Source: a virus. From it: a DNA stretch of 64,000 nucleotides. Each line of letters starts with the position of its first letter. Position 1 is the stretch's first letter. A program made the position numbers and the translations under genes. Below are positions 36,353-47,078 of the stretch, piece after piece. The notes beneath the pieces are model-generated. The model saw only the letters and a list, made by a program, of their open reading frames with translations. It searched no databases and was not told the origin of the DNA. The stretch is taken from the IMG/VR virus record IMGVR_UViG_3300044617_001156; one strand, given 5' to 3'.

Positions 36353-37804
36353 ATGAGCGTCCAAAAACCATTCGTCGTAAAGAATGGAATAGAAGTCAAT
36401 TCCAATCTTATTTTTGGCGACATAGTAACTGATAGAGTTGGTATCGGAACCACAAGACCAACAGACACTTTACAAGTCGTTGGTGGTATTGCAGGTACTT
36501 CAATTAATATATCAGGTATTGGTACGATACCCTCACTCAGAGGAACCACACTAAACTACTTAACAGGTAATATCGTTACTGGTATAATTACCAGTATCAG
36601 TGGAAGCACTATCAACTATAGTGGTATTGTAACTGGTGGTTCTTATAGAGTAGGAAGCACAGAAGTCATTAGTTCAGCGAGAGAACTAAAGAATATTGTT
36701 TCTCTTGATGCTATCACTACAGCAACAATTGAAAGTGCAATAGCAAACGCACCAAATACTTTCACTGACCTCAACGTAACTGGTATTAGTACTTTAAATA
36801 CCGTTGGAATTTCATCAAACTTAAATGTTGCTGGTATTAGTACTTTAAATACCGTTGGAATTTCATCAAACTTAAATGTTGCTGGTATTAGCACTTTAAG
36901 CACTGCTGTAATTTCTTCAAACTTAAATGTTGTTGGTATTAGCACCTTAAGCACTGCTGTAATTTCATCAAACTTAAATGTATCTGGTGTCAGTACGTTA
37001 GGTAATGTTAGAATTACTTCTGGTATTGTTACGGCATCATCAGGTATCGTCACCTACTATGGTGATGGTTCATACCTCAATCTCGCAGCAAACCCAGGCA
37101 TGGGTGTGGGTATTGCTACCGCTGGAGGAACTGTAGGTTCTGGGGCAACTATCTTAGATTTCCGTGGTCCTGGTATCTCTACGATTACTGTTTCCTCTGG
37201 TATTGCTACCATCAATATCACTGGTGGAGGTGGTGGTGGAGCAGTTAGTATTGGTTCTACAGCACCCCCAGCACCAACGAATGGTGACTTATGGTATAGT
37301 CCTGAGTATGCTAGAACCTTCGTCTGGTATGATGAAGTCGCATTAGGTATTGGAAGTACTGCCGTATGGGTTGATGCAGCTCCCTTTAATATAAATCTAT
37401 CACAACTTGGTGATTTACAAGTTAATAGTTTAGTTGTTGTTAATCATACTGATTTAAATACTTTAGATGTAAGTGGTATTAGTACATTAGGTAACGTAGT
37501 TTCATCTGGTATTATCACTGCTGTTGATTTTAACTCTACTTCTGATGAGAACTTAAAGCATAATGTAGAGACTGTACATAACGCATTAGACACTGTAAAT
37601 TCACTCAGAGGTGTGAAGTTCCAATGGAAGGAAGATGATAGAGTATCTTATGGTGTAATCGCACAAGAACTTCAACAAGTCTTACCTGAACTTGTAAGTG
37701 CTGGCGACATTAAAACTGTGAATTACAATGGTATTATTGGAGTTCTGATAGAAGCAGTGAAGGAACTTAAGGCAGAAATAGAAGATCTTAAAAATACTAA
37801 ATAA
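36353..37804 (+). CDS. Tail fibre protein with C-terminal S74 intramolecular chaperone
   Basis: RVGIGTT; FNSTSDENLK...LRGVKFQWK...GVIAQE...VNYNGIIGVLIEAVKEL. Confidence 0.88.
   Translation: MSVQKPFVVKNGIEVNSNLIFGDIVTDRVGIGTTRPTDTLQVVGGIAGTSINISGIGTIPSLRGTTLNYLTGNIVTGIITSISGSTINYSGIVTGGSYRVGSTEVISSARELKNIVSLDAITTATIESAIANAPNTFTDLNVTGISTLNTVGISSNLNVAGISTLNTVGISSNLNVAGISTLSTAVISSNLNVVGISTLSTAVISSNLNVSGVSTLGNVRITSGIVTASSGIVTYYGDGSYLNLAANPGMGVGIATAGGTVGSGATILDFRGPGISTITVSSGIATINITGGGGGGAVSIGSTAPPAPTNGDLWYSPEYARTFVWYDEVALGIGSTAVWVDAAPFNINLSQLGDLQVNSLVVVNHTDLNTLDVSGISTLGNVVSSGIITAVDFNSTSDENLKHNVETVHNALDTVNSLRGVKFQWKEDDRVSYGVIAQELQQVLPELVSAGDIKTVNYNGIIGVLIEAVKELKAEIEDLKNTK
36773..36996 (+). repeat. 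51-bp (17-aa) tandem repeat x4 (NV.GISTL.T..ISSNL)
   Basis: Near-identical nucleotide copies. Confidence 0.9.
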
Positions 37805-37833
37805 GATTAGTATAGCCTAGTGGAGACACGAAG

Positions 37834-38025
37834 ATGGCGATTAAAGTCAATAATGTCGATGTTATTGATAACAATCGAAAGTTTATTCCAGTTACAATTC
37901 AAGCAGATGGAACTGTAGGAACTGCTGGAAGTGTCCTTGCTTCCACAGGATCCGGAATTCAATGGATCACTGTAAGTAGTGGTAGTTCCAAGGGATTTAC
38001 TTATTTTGCAGCAGCAACTGTTTAG
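37834..38025 (+). CDS. Small tail-associated protein
   Basis: MAIKV...VID...GTAGSVLASTGSGIQW; GGAG RBS. Confidence 0.7.
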   Translation: MAIKVNNVDVIDNNRKFIPVTIQADGTVGTAGSVLASTGSGIQWITVSSGSSKGFTYFAAATV

Positions 38026-38038
38026 GGGAATAATATAA

Positions 38039-38356
38039 ATGGCAAACGGAAGATTAGCAGCAGTTACTCCAACTGCAAATACAGATACTTTATTGTATCA
38101 AGTTCCATCAACATCAACTGCAAGCACTGTAATTAATATCTGCAATACGAATACTTCATCTGCCGGTATTCGCATTTCAATTGAAAACAGTAGCGCAGTA
38201 GGAATTGCATCAACCAACTGTATTGAATTTGATACAATAGTTTCGGCAAAATCTGTTCTTGAAAGAGGTGGAATTGTTTTAGGAAATCAACAGAAACTGT
38301 TCTGCAATTCATCAATTTCTGGTGTTAACTTTATTGTTTACGGGTACGAAGAATAA
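38039..38356 (+). CDS. Small structural beta-sandwich-like protein
   Basis: LLYQVP...INICN...IEFD...LERGGIVL...VYGYEE. Confidence 0.7.
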   Translation: MANGRLAAVTPTANTDTLLYQVPSTSTASTVINICNTNTSSAGIRISIENSSAVGIASTNCIEFDTIVSAKSVLERGGIVLGNQQKLFCNSSISGVNFIVYGYEE

Positions 38357-39711
38357 TGTCTAGAAATTTCGATTCATCAACAAGACTTTCTAATACCGCA
38401 AGTTTTTCTAGGTATGCTCCCTTACAATTAGATTTTGAAAGCCAAATTCTAATTACCTCCAATACAACTTTCATTGTTCCTCCAAATGCTAAGGCAGTTA
38501 AGTTTACTGCAGTAGGTGGAGGACAAGCAGGTGTTGGAACTACTTCTGGACCTGGAGCAGGATATTTTGAAAAAACTTTTTATGGTCCATTTATTGGACT
38601 TACAACAAGTTTTCAATTGACTATTGGAGCTGCAAATGGTGGTAATACAATTCTTAGAGATAGTGCAGGAACCACACTCGCAACAGCATTTGGAGCAACT
38701 GCAATTAGTACTGGTGCAACTGTAGGTGTTGGAGGAACTGCATTTGGAGGTGATCTAAACGCTCAAGGTTCTCCTGGTGGAATAACACCTGGAGTTGGTG
38801 GAGCATCTGGTGGTGCATTAGGCAATAGTGTTTATGATGCAACATATGCTGGTCGATGGGTTTATTTTAAAGAAAGTATTGTAAATGATAGCGTAAGAAA
38901 TTATTTTGTTAATACTTTAGAACTTAGTAGAGGTTCTAGAGTCACAACAATAGGATTTAATACTTTAGGAACTGTTACCGCGCAATATGGTGCTTTGATA
39001 AATCCTTCAGGACCAGGAGCAACTGTTGCTGGTATATTTGCTAATGGTGCAGGTGTTGGCGGTGCCGGTGGTTTTGGTGGAGATGGCGGTACCGGCGGCC
39101 CTGGTGGTTATGGAGGTAATGGCGGCGTTGCACCATATTCTGGCGGTACTGGAGGTTCTGGCGGTTATGGGGGCAGTGGAGGTCCTGGAAGGTCACCAGG
39201 TCCTGGTGGAGCTCCAGGTGGTGCTGGTGGTGCTGGCGGTTATGGTGGTGCCGGCGGAGCAGCATCTAGTGGAGTAGGAGGTCCAACAGGAACTACTCCG
39301 TATACTGGAGGTTTTCCTTCAGGTGGTGCTGGTGGTGCTGGTGGTGCTGGTGGTACTAGTGGTTTTGGTGGTGGAGGCGGCGCAGGAGGTTTTGGTGCTG
39401 CTGGTGGTCCTGGTGCTCCAAGAGTGTCTCGGCCCATGGGTCCTACTGGCGGATCTGGCGGTCCTGGCGGTCCTGGCGGCCCTGGCGGTCCCGGTGGTTT
39501 TGGTGGAGGAGGAGGCAGGGGCGGTGTCGGGGGAGCTGGTGGACTAGGGGGTCCAGGAGCATTATTACCGGCGACACCATATCAACCATCATCTCCAGGA
39601 GCACCAGGAGCAGCGGGTGCTGCTGGTGTCACAGGAACTCCGGGAAACGGAGGCGCTGGAGCAGTATATATTGAATGGACTATGAAAGAACCAAATAAAT
39701 TAGGAGTATAA
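38356..39711 (+). CDS. Glycine-rich (GGX repeat) adhesin-like protein
   Basis: FIVP...AVGGG N-terminus; about 200 aa of GGX repeats; G.V.IEW end. Confidence 0.75.
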   Translation: MSRNFDSSTRLSNTASFSRYAPLQLDFESQILITSNTTFIVPPNAKAVKFTAVGGGQAGVGTTSGPGAGYFEKTFYGPFIGLTTSFQLTIGAANGGNTILRDSAGTTLATAFGATAISTGATVGVGGTAFGGDLNAQGSPGGITPGVGGASGGALGNSVYDATYAGRWVYFKESIVNDSVRNYFVNTLELSRGSRVTTIGFNTLGTVTAQYGALINPSGPGATVAGIFANGAGVGGAGGFGGDGGTGGPGGYGGNGGVAPYSGGTGGSGGYGGSGGPGRSPGPGGAPGGAGGAGGYGGAGGAASSGVGGPTGTTPYTGGFPSGGAGGAGGAGGTSGFGGGGGAGGFGAAGGPGAPRVSRPMGPTGGSGGPGGPGGPGGPGGFGGGGGRGGVGGAGGLGGPGALLPATPYQPSSPGAPGAAGAAGVTGTPGNGGAGAVYIEWTMKEPNKLGV

Positions 39712-39714
39712 GAA

Positions 39715-40335
39715 ATGTCAATTTACGCAGTTATAAACAAAGATACTAATTCTGCTGTAAATATCATTAATGTTGAAGATGAAAAATTCATTTTCTTAGG
39801 TCCTGATGAATATTATGCTCGTGCAAATAGAGCAGTTCGAATTGGAATGCTTTATGATAAACAAACTGGCACATTCCCAGAAGTAGGTGATAGAGGCGAA
39901 CTATTAGATTTAAGAGATGAAGTAGAATCTTTAATTACATCTCACCAATTAAAGATAGCAGAAAATTCTCATATGACTCCAGAACAACTGGAACCTCATA
40001 CCAATTATATAAGTCAATTGCAATCTATTTTGGCACTTGATTCTTATGTCGAAATGAAATCTCAGTTTGATACTATTGGACCCGAACCGGAATTTCCCCC
40101 CAAACCAAGAGAAATCACTCAAGATGTTTTCAGAAGTGTACTGAATCTTTCAGAAAAAATTCTCTGGGATAATCCAGAAATAGGAACAATACAACAAAAG
40201 GCAACAATTAATACTCTTAAGATGGACTTTCCTCATTATGGAGTTGAAAGTATGAGTGATGAACTTTCATTATTGGAGCAAGTTGAATTCTTTACACCAG
40301 AACGACTCACTGAAGTTACACGAGCACTTTCATAA
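39715..40335 (+). CDS. Hypothetical protein (tail-fibre assembly-like N-terminus)
   Basis: YAVI...VNII...IG..YD..TGTF. Confidence 0.6.
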   Translation: MSIYAVINKDTNSAVNIINVEDEKFIFLGPDEYYARANRAVRIGMLYDKQTGTFPEVGDRGELLDLRDEVESLITSHQLKIAENSHMTPEQLEPHTNYISQLQSILALDSYVEMKSQFDTIGPEPEFPPKPREITQDVFRSVLNLSEKILWDNPEIGTIQQKATINTLKMDFPHYGVESMSDELSLLEQVEFFTPERLTEVTRALS

Positions 40336-40353
40336 TTCTTTACTTTCTTTACA

Positions 40354-41031
40354 ATGATACCTAAAATTATTCATCAAACTGGACCTGACAGAAAAAAGTG
40401 GCATTCAATCTGGAAAGAGTGTTCCGAAAGTTGGAAGAACACCTTTCCAGATTTTCAATATATGTACTGGACTGATGATGACATAAGAAATCTAGTCAAA
40501 GAACAATATTCAGAATTTTTAGAATTATACGATGCTTTCCCGCATCATATAATGAGAGTTGATTTTGCAAGATTCTGCATTTTACATTCTTATGGTGGAA
40601 TTTATGCAGATCTCGATATGTATTGTTATAAAAACTTTTATGATTTACTAAAAAGAAACCTTTATATTGCAGAATCTTGGAGTGAATGGGGAGAAAAGGT
40701 TCAGAATTCATTAATGATTTCTACGCCAAATCAAGAGTTCTGGGAAAAATGTATGTTTTTTTCTGGCGTTAAGTTTCTCTCAAATCATCAAAATTATTTT
40801 GATGATTATATTTTAGAATCGTGCGGTCCTAAGTTAATTTCTAGAATCTTAGATCCTTCTGTCAAATTTCTCCCAAAGGAATTGTTTAATCCTAAAGTTG
40901 AAAACCAGTTTAGTTTGTGTTGTGATAATGCAGAAAAATATAAAACTGCTCTCGATGACTTCAATAATTTAAAAAAAGAAAAAACTATTTTTACCAGACA
41001 CTTTTTAACTGGAGAATGGCCTACTAGTTGA
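40354..41031 (+). CDS. Glycosyltransferase, GT32/DxD family
   Basis: MIPKIIHQT...W.D...DFAR..IL...GGIYADLD...GP. Confidence 0.9.
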   Translation: MIPKIIHQTGPDRKKWHSIWKECSESWKNTFPDFQYMYWTDDDIRNLVKEQYSEFLELYDAFPHHIMRVDFARFCILHSYGGIYADLDMYCYKNFYDLLKRNLYIAESWSEWGEKVQNSLMISTPNQEFWEKCMFFSGVKFLSNHQNYFDDYILESCGPKLISRILDPSVKFLPKELFNPKVENQFSLCCDNAEKYKTALDDFNNLKKEKTIFTRHFLTGEWPTS

Positions 41032-41071
41032 AATAAATAATATTGACTGAATAATATAAAGAGTTTGAACT

Positions 41072-41707
41072 ATGGCATTTCAGAGTATCTGGTTTGAAAC
41101 CGGATTAAATCAAAAAATCATAGACATCATCGAAGAAGATCTCAAAGATAATTTCGATTCGCAACTACAAGACTCACGAGTTGGTGATGGTGATTATGGA
41201 ACAGTAGATAGAAATAAAAGAAACGCAAAAAATGCATGGGTTCCTACAACACACTGGGTTGCTGGTTTCGTATGGCATTACGTGCAGAGAGCAAATAGAG
41301 AAAACTTTCTTTATGATTTAACAAATATTGATGGAGAATCACTTCAATACACTGTGTATGGCGAAGGTGAATATTATGGTTGGCATAATGATGCGGGTAT
41401 TTCCACGTATTACAAACCAGTATCGTCAGGTAATCGCGGGCATACTGGAGACTGTTTAAGCGACTTTGTAAATGAAAACTGCGAGAAAGTAAGAAAGTTA
41501 TCTTTTAGTTTGCTTTTATCTGATCCTGATACTTATGAGGGTGGTAATCTTCAATTATTAGATGAAACGGGAAAGTCTTATATTTCTCCACGACAAAAAG
41601 GAACCATTATTCTTTTTGATTCTAGAACACAACATAGAGTTCAAAAAGTAACTAAAGGTGTTCGCAAGTCATTAGTTGGTTGGGTAGTTGGTCCACGTTT
41701 TAAATAA
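41072..41707 (+). CDS. 2OG-Fe(II) oxygenase (PKHD/P4H-like)
   Basis: WHND...RKLSFS..LSDP..YEGG...FDS...HRV..VTKG.R.SLVGW..GP. Confidence 0.92.
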   Translation: MAFQSIWFETGLNQKIIDIIEEDLKDNFDSQLQDSRVGDGDYGTVDRNKRNAKNAWVPTTHWVAGFVWHYVQRANRENFLYDLTNIDGESLQYTVYGEGEYYGWHNDAGISTYYKPVSSGNRGHTGDCLSDFVNENCEKVRKLSFSLLLSDPDTYEGGNLQLLDETGKSYISPRQKGTIILFDSRTQHRVQKVTKGVRKSLVGWVVGPRFK

Positions 41708-41722
41708 GAATGAGGTGATAAT

Positions 41723-42439
41723 ATGGCAGAACAAATGACACAACAAGAACTTGACTATCAAGAAAGAGTCAATTCTGGAACATCACCAACAAATAATAAG
41801 GAGTTTGATAAGAATGGATACCTAGTCTTAAGAAATCTATGGGATCCAAAAGATCTTTACTGTGAACCACCAACAATCAAAGGTCAATATAATTACTTTG
41901 GAAAAATTGATAAGTTTAACCATAATCCTGCAGAAAATCAGGTAGAAGGTTCAACTTCAAGGTATTATTATCCACCTTATAAGTACGCCCATTCGCAAAT
42001 TCGAATGAAACTTGAAAAAGCGATTGGCAAAAAACTTTATAATACTTATTATTATGACCGCTTTTATAATCCAGGGCAAGCACTGACTAAACATGCAGAT
42101 CGTCCAGCATGTGAGATTTCAGTTACAGTCCATGTGGGATCTAATATCAAAACTCCATGGCCTATTTGGATCAAAACACCGGACATTTACACGAGTGATG
42201 AAAAAACCAATGTTATAAGGAGAGGCGAAAATCGCTCAGTGATTTTAAATCCTGGTGATGGTATGATTTACAAAGGATGTGAAAGACCTCATTGGAGAGA
42301 TCCAATGCCAACCGAATATCATAGAACTTGGTATGGTAAGAAAACAGAAAAGGAAGGTTTATATTATCATCAAATCTTTTTCCACTATGTTCTTGCCGAT
42401 GGCATTCGTTCACATTATGCAGGTGATTCTGGAAATTAA
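41723..42439 (+). CDS. 2OG-Fe(II) oxygenase-like protein
   Basis: HADRPACEISVT...PGDG.IY.G...HWR...QIFFHYV. Confidence 0.8.
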   Translation: MAEQMTQQELDYQERVNSGTSPTNNKEFDKNGYLVLRNLWDPKDLYCEPPTIKGQYNYFGKIDKFNHNPAENQVEGSTSRYYYPPYKYAHSQIRMKLEKAIGKKLYNTYYYDRFYNPGQALTKHADRPACEISVTVHVGSNIKTPWPIWIKTPDIYTSDEKTNVIRRGENRSVILNPGDGMIYKGCERPHWRDPMPTEYHRTWYGKKTEKEGLYYHQIFFHYVLADGIRSHYAGDSGN

Positions 42440-42444
42440 TTTTT

Positions 42445-43266
42445 ATGAACTTTATACCATTAACAAGTTTACCTAGAAGTGGATCAACTTTACTTCTTTA
42501 CATTCTAAATCAGAATCCAAAATTTACAATTGGACCTGATTCTGAAATCGGTCAGTTACTGAATATTAATAAAGAATTTATATGTAGTAGTATATCACAT
42601 TTCCAATTACCCCACGAAACCGTTTCGGATTGTTTTTACAATTTTTGTAGGTCTGGGGTAGATTCGTGGATTAAAACAATCTCAGAACCAGAAACTATTT
42701 TCGTAGATAAGTCTAGACACTGGTTAAAAGATTTGGATTATATTTTTCAACTTTTCCCAAAATTAAAAATAGTAGTTACAATCAGAGATTTAAGGTCCGT
42801 CATAAATTCCTTCGAAAAAATATCACAAGATTCTTTATTCGTTAATAGATCAGATTCATTTCATACAATACACGAAGATCTACAATACCAAAGAGTAGAT
42901 AATATTTTAAATTTAGATTATCTCAGAGATGGATTATTTTCGCTAAGACAACTCATAGATATTCCAAAAAAATATAAGAACCAAATCTTTATTTCCAGAT
43001 ACGAAGATCTTATTGAAGACCCACAAAATCAGTTAAATGAGATTTATGATTTTCTTGGACTTGATCGATACACACATGATTTTAATAATTTAACTCAAGA
43101 TTTTTATAATGATAATCCATATCAACCCTTTGGACGCCATAAGATAAAATCAAAAATAGAAAAATCAAACACAGAAAGTTCTCTAAGATTAAGAGAGGAT
43201 ATTCAAGATATGATTTTTAGTCATTATCACTGGTACTTTAAGGAATTCTATCCAGAAAAATTATGA
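42445..43266 (+). CDS. Sulfotransferase
   Basis: SLPRSGSTLL (5'-PSB motif), DKSR.W, RD...S, RYEDL..P. Confidence 0.9.
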   Translation: MNFIPLTSLPRSGSTLLLYILNQNPKFTIGPDSEIGQLLNINKEFICSSISHFQLPHETVSDCFYNFCRSGVDSWIKTISEPETIFVDKSRHWLKDLDYIFQLFPKLKIVVTIRDLRSVINSFEKISQDSLFVNRSDSFHTIHEDLQYQRVDNILNLDYLRDGLFSLRQLIDIPKKYKNQIFISRYEDLIEDPQNQLNEIYDFLGLDRYTHDFNNLTQDFYNDNPYQPFGRHKIKSKIEKSNTESSLRLREDIQDMIFSHYHWYFKEFYPEKL

Positions 43267-43841
43267 ATATTGTCAAACTATATGATACATTTCCCATTTA
43301 TTTGATTAAAGATTTCGAACAAGTTGAAGATAGTTTAAGAATTGCTTTAATGGCAGTTGTTTTAGAAAATAAAGTTCGAAACCATAGAGGAAAAGGTGGT
43401 TCTTTTTTAATTGATGAAGACTATAAAAATTTCTTCAAAAGTCTTTATAGTAAATTTTTCGAATTCTCAAAAACTATATTTGGAGATTTTACCACCTCAA
43501 ATAATAACGAAAGTTGTTGGTCTTATGCAAGTAATAAATTCGATCATGGTCCAGGATTATTACATAATCACCGGAATACTTCAACAATAAATTCGGTTTA
43601 TTATTTGAATGTTCCACAAACAGTATCAATATCTAATGGATCAATATCTTTTATATTAAATGGGGAGACATTTTCATATAAACCTGAAAATGGAGATCTA
43701 TTAATTTTTCCAAATTATCTAAATCATAAGATTAATTTTCTAGACGATGAAGAATATAGAATTTCTATTAATATGGAAATTAAATGTGAAGAGTCTTCAG
43801 AAGAATTATTTTCAAAAGTGGATATTTTAAATATTACATAA
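43263..43841 (+). CDS. Putative 2OG-Fe(II) oxygenase (HxH type)
   Basis: HNH...SVYYL...P..GDLLIFP.YL.H...RISI. Confidence 0.8.
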   Translation: MNIVKLYDTFPIYLIKDFEQVEDSLRIALMAVVLENKVRNHRGKGGSFLIDEDYKNFFKSLYSKFFEFSKTIFGDFTTSNNNESCWSYASNKFDHGPGLLHNHRNTSTINSVYYLNVPQTVSISNGSISFILNGETFSYKPENGDLLIFPNYLNHKINFLDDEEYRISINMEIKCEESSEELFSKVDILNIT

Positions 43842-43862
43842 ATACCTAAAAAGTATAAGATA

Positions 43863-45941
43863 ATGGCTCTTAACTTCCCAGATAGTCCTACACTGAATCA
43901 AATATACACTGATAGTACTTCAGGTTTTTCTTATCAGTGGAATGGAACAGTATGGATAAGTTTTACACCATCATCTACGGGTAATATTAAAGTACTGGAT
44001 GATATTTCAGGTTCTTTCAATGGTTCTACACAGACCTTTGCATTAACCTCATCAACTATTGCACTGGCCCCACCAAACCCACAATCAGTCATTGTAAATC
44101 TTGGTGGTGTTGTACAAGACCCAAGTGATGACTATACAATCTCAGGGTCAAACATCATATTCTCCACACCGCCGACAGCAGGTCTTACATTCTCTGGTAT
44201 TGTCTTAGGTGTTGCAGTTCCTGTTGGAATTTCAACTGCAGATGCATACTATCGTCAGATTTATACACCAACAGGAGTACAGACCTCATTTAATTTCGTC
44301 AATGGATATACGGTAGGTTATCTGGATGTTTATCATAATGGTGCAAAGTTAGTTCCAGCAACAGACTACACAGCAACTGATGGCCTTAATTTCTCACTGA
44401 TTACTGCAGCACAATCAGGAGACGTTGTAGAAGCAATCGGATATAGAGTATCTGCAGTTACGATTGTAAATGGAAACTTAAATTCCTTAACCGTCAGTGG
44501 AATTTCAAGTCTTGCTGGTGCTACAAACCTTGGAAGTACTCTAAACGTAACTGGAGTTTCTACATTAGGTACTGTAAGAATTGCTTCAGGTATCGTTACT
44601 GCATCATCAGGTATTGTTACTTATTATGGTGATGGCAGTAATCTAAACTTAACAGGTAATACAACTGCTGGTGTAACTTCCACAAGTTCAGTCAATACCG
44701 TTGGTGTTGTTACTGCAGGTATCATTGATAGTTTTATTCCAGTAGATCAGAAGTTAGTAAGCACCAATTTAACTATTAATAACGGCCAAGAGAACATTAG
44801 TTTTGCCGAAGAATTAGTAGTTGATACTGGTTCGATATTCACAGTCAGTGCTGGAAGCACTGTGAGAATGAATGCTCTCGATACCATTAATGCATCTATA
44901 GTATCTGCTTCGGTAGATTTAGATATTCCTAGTGGTACTATAGCACAAAGACCTTCTGCTCCTACTTCAGGTTCTTTTAGATACAATAGTACATATGGTA
45001 TTCTAGAGTTTTATGATGGAACTAATTGGAGATTAGTATCATTAGGTGAACCATTATTTTCAAGTTCATCTAGTATCGGCGTCTTTGGTGGGGGCAGTTC
45101 ACCAATAAATGTAATAGATTACATAACCATAGAAACTACAGGAAATGCTGCTAACTTCGGAACCCTTACTGGAGCTCGCCAATCACTTGCCGCGTGTTCT
45201 TCCATTGCCAGAGGTGTTTTTGGTGGTGGTTTTGTTCCAGCAACTCCATCAGGTATAAGTTTAAGTGCAATAGATTACGTTGCCATAATATCTAGAGGAA
45301 CTGCCACTAATTTTGGAACCCTTACTGGAGCACGCTATAATTTAGCAGCGTGTTCTTCAAGCACTCGCGGTGTCTTTGGTGGTGGTAATAATGGTTCTAA
45401 CATCATAGATTACATCACAATAGCATCTACAGGAGACGCTATTGACTTTGGTGACCTTACTGTAGCACGTGGTGGTATTGCTGCATGTTCTTCTAGTACC
45501 AGAGGTGTTTTTGGTGGAGGTTATTTTACAGCACCATTTCCAGGAACACCATCAATTTATGCCACAATAGACTACATCAACTTCACATCCGTGGGAAATG
45601 CTACTAATTTTGGTTCACTTTCAACAAACCGCCGAAGTCTAGCAGCATGTTCTTCAAGCACCAGAGGTGTCTTTGGTGGTGGTTATACTCCATCACTAAC
45701 AAACGTAATAGACTTTATCACCATAGCATCCACAGGTAGCGCAACTGACTTTGGAGATTTAACTACTGCACGCTCTGGTTTAGCAGCTTGTTCCTCAAGT
45801 ACCAGAGGTGTCTTTGGTAGTGCAAATATAATGGACTACATTACAATAGCATCCACAGGAAATGCGCTTAACTTTGGTTCTTTTTCCACGTCACGTAGTG
45901 GATTAGCAGCCTGCTCCAACGCACACGGTGGTCTCTCATAA
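43863..45941 (+). CDS. Tail fibre with C-terminal six-repeat (putative beta-propeller) domain
   Basis: MALNFPDSP; LDDIS..F.G; PSGT..QRP...RYN; 6x FGGG..IDY..I...GNA..FG.L...R...ACSS. Confidence 0.85.
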   Translation: MALNFPDSPTLNQIYTDSTSGFSYQWNGTVWISFTPSSTGNIKVLDDISGSFNGSTQTFALTSSTIALAPPNPQSVIVNLGGVVQDPSDDYTISGSNIIFSTPPTAGLTFSGIVLGVAVPVGISTADAYYRQIYTPTGVQTSFNFVNGYTVGYLDVYHNGAKLVPATDYTATDGLNFSLITAAQSGDVVEAIGYRVSAVTIVNGNLNSLTVSGISSLAGATNLGSTLNVTGVSTLGTVRIASGIVTASSGIVTYYGDGSNLNLTGNTTAGVTSTSSVNTVGVVTAGIIDSFIPVDQKLVSTNLTINNGQENISFAEELVVDTGSIFTVSAGSTVRMNALDTINASIVSASVDLDIPSGTIAQRPSAPTSGSFRYNSTYGILEFYDGTNWRLVSLGEPLFSSSSSIGVFGGGSSPINVIDYITIETTGNAANFGTLTGARQSLAACSSIARGVFGGGFVPATPSGISLSAIDYVAIISRGTATNFGTLTGARYNLAACSSSTRGVFGGGNNGSNIIDYITIASTGDAIDFGDLTVARGGIAACSSSTRGVFGGGYFTAPFPGTPSIYATIDYINFTSVGNATNFGSLSTNRRSLAACSSSTRGVFGGGYTPSLTNVIDFITIASTGSATDFGDLTTARSGLAACSSSTRGVFGSANIMDYITIASTGNALNFGSFSTSRSGLAACSNAHGGLS

Positions 45942-45956
45942 ATACCTAAAAAACTT

Positions 45957-47027
45957 ATGGCTAACCTAAGAGTTGATACCATCAAAAATAGAAGTGGTGA
46001 TAATGGACCAATCTTTGAAGGAAACCTAAGTTTTTCTTCTACCTCACATATGGTTCTACCAAAAGGAACAACAGGAGAAAGACCTGTTGGAGTTTCCACC
46101 GGTTCTATGAGATATAATACAGATACCAGTCTTGTAGAGTATTGGAATGGAACTTCTTGGTCTTCCGTAAGTACTTTTGATAGTAGTTTCCGTGGTGTCT
46201 TTGGTGGTGGTAGTCCAATCTCTACAATAGATTATATTCTGATTGCTGGAAGTGGTGGCAATTCAAATAACTTCGGAGACCTTACTGTACCACGCTATAA
46301 TTTAGCAGCGTGTTCTTCAAGCACTCGCGGTGTCTTTGGTGGTGGTGTTCCTACGGTAAACGTAATTGACTTCATTACAATAGCATCTACAGGAAACGCA
46401 ACTGACTTTGGCGATTTAACTGTAGCACGTGGATATCCTGCTTCATGTTCATCAAGTACTAGAGGTGTCTTTGGTGGTGGTTATGCTCCATCATCATCAA
46501 ACGTAATTGACTTCATTACAATAGCATCTACAGGTAATGCCACTGACTTTGGAGACCTTACTGTAGCACGTCAATATCTTGCTGCATGTTCCTCAAGCAC
46601 TCGTGGTGTCTTTGGTGGGGGTCTTGCTGGACCAACAGCATCAAACGTAATAGACTTCATTACAATAGCATCTACAGGAAACGCAACTGACTTTGGAGAC
46701 CTTACAACAACATCTTATTATGTATCATCTTGTTCCTCAAGCACTAGAGGTGTCTTTGGTGGTGGCGCTCCTGCGACAAACACAATAGATTACATCACTA
46801 TAGCAACTACAGGAAATGCTATTAACTTTGGAAACCTTACAGTCCCACGTTATGCGACAGGATCTTGCTCTTCAAGCACTCGCGGTGTCTTTGGTGGTGG
46901 TGTTCCTGCGGCAAACATAATAGACTACATTACCATAACAACCACAGGAAATGCTATTAACTTTGGAACCCTTAGTGTAGCACGTTCTAGTCTTGCTGCA
47001 TGTTCAGATTCACACGGTGGTCTCTAA
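45957..47027 (+). CDS. Six-repeat putative beta-propeller fibre-tip protein
   Basis: LPKGTTGERP..GSMRYN..EYWNG followed by 6 repeats; ends SDSHGGL. Confidence 0.85.
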   Translation: MANLRVDTIKNRSGDNGPIFEGNLSFSSTSHMVLPKGTTGERPVGVSTGSMRYNTDTSLVEYWNGTSWSSVSTFDSSFRGVFGGGSPISTIDYILIAGSGGNSNNFGDLTVPRYNLAACSSSTRGVFGGGVPTVNVIDFITIASTGNATDFGDLTVARGYPASCSSSTRGVFGGGYAPSSSNVIDFITIASTGNATDFGDLTVARQYLAACSSSTRGVFGGGLAGPTASNVIDFITIASTGNATDFGDLTTTSYYVSSCSSSTRGVFGGGAPATNTIDYITIATTGNAINFGNLTVPRYATGSCSSSTRGVFGGGVPAANIIDYITITTTGNAINFGTLSVARSSLAACSDSHGGL

Positions 47028-47078
47028 TAATACACTAAAGAAAATCAAATAAATACTCCAGAACATTCGTAATATGAT

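Noticed and set aside
39040-39660. Collagen triple helix
   Set aside because: Pattern is GGX with about two-thirds Gly, which fits polyglycine-II bundles better.
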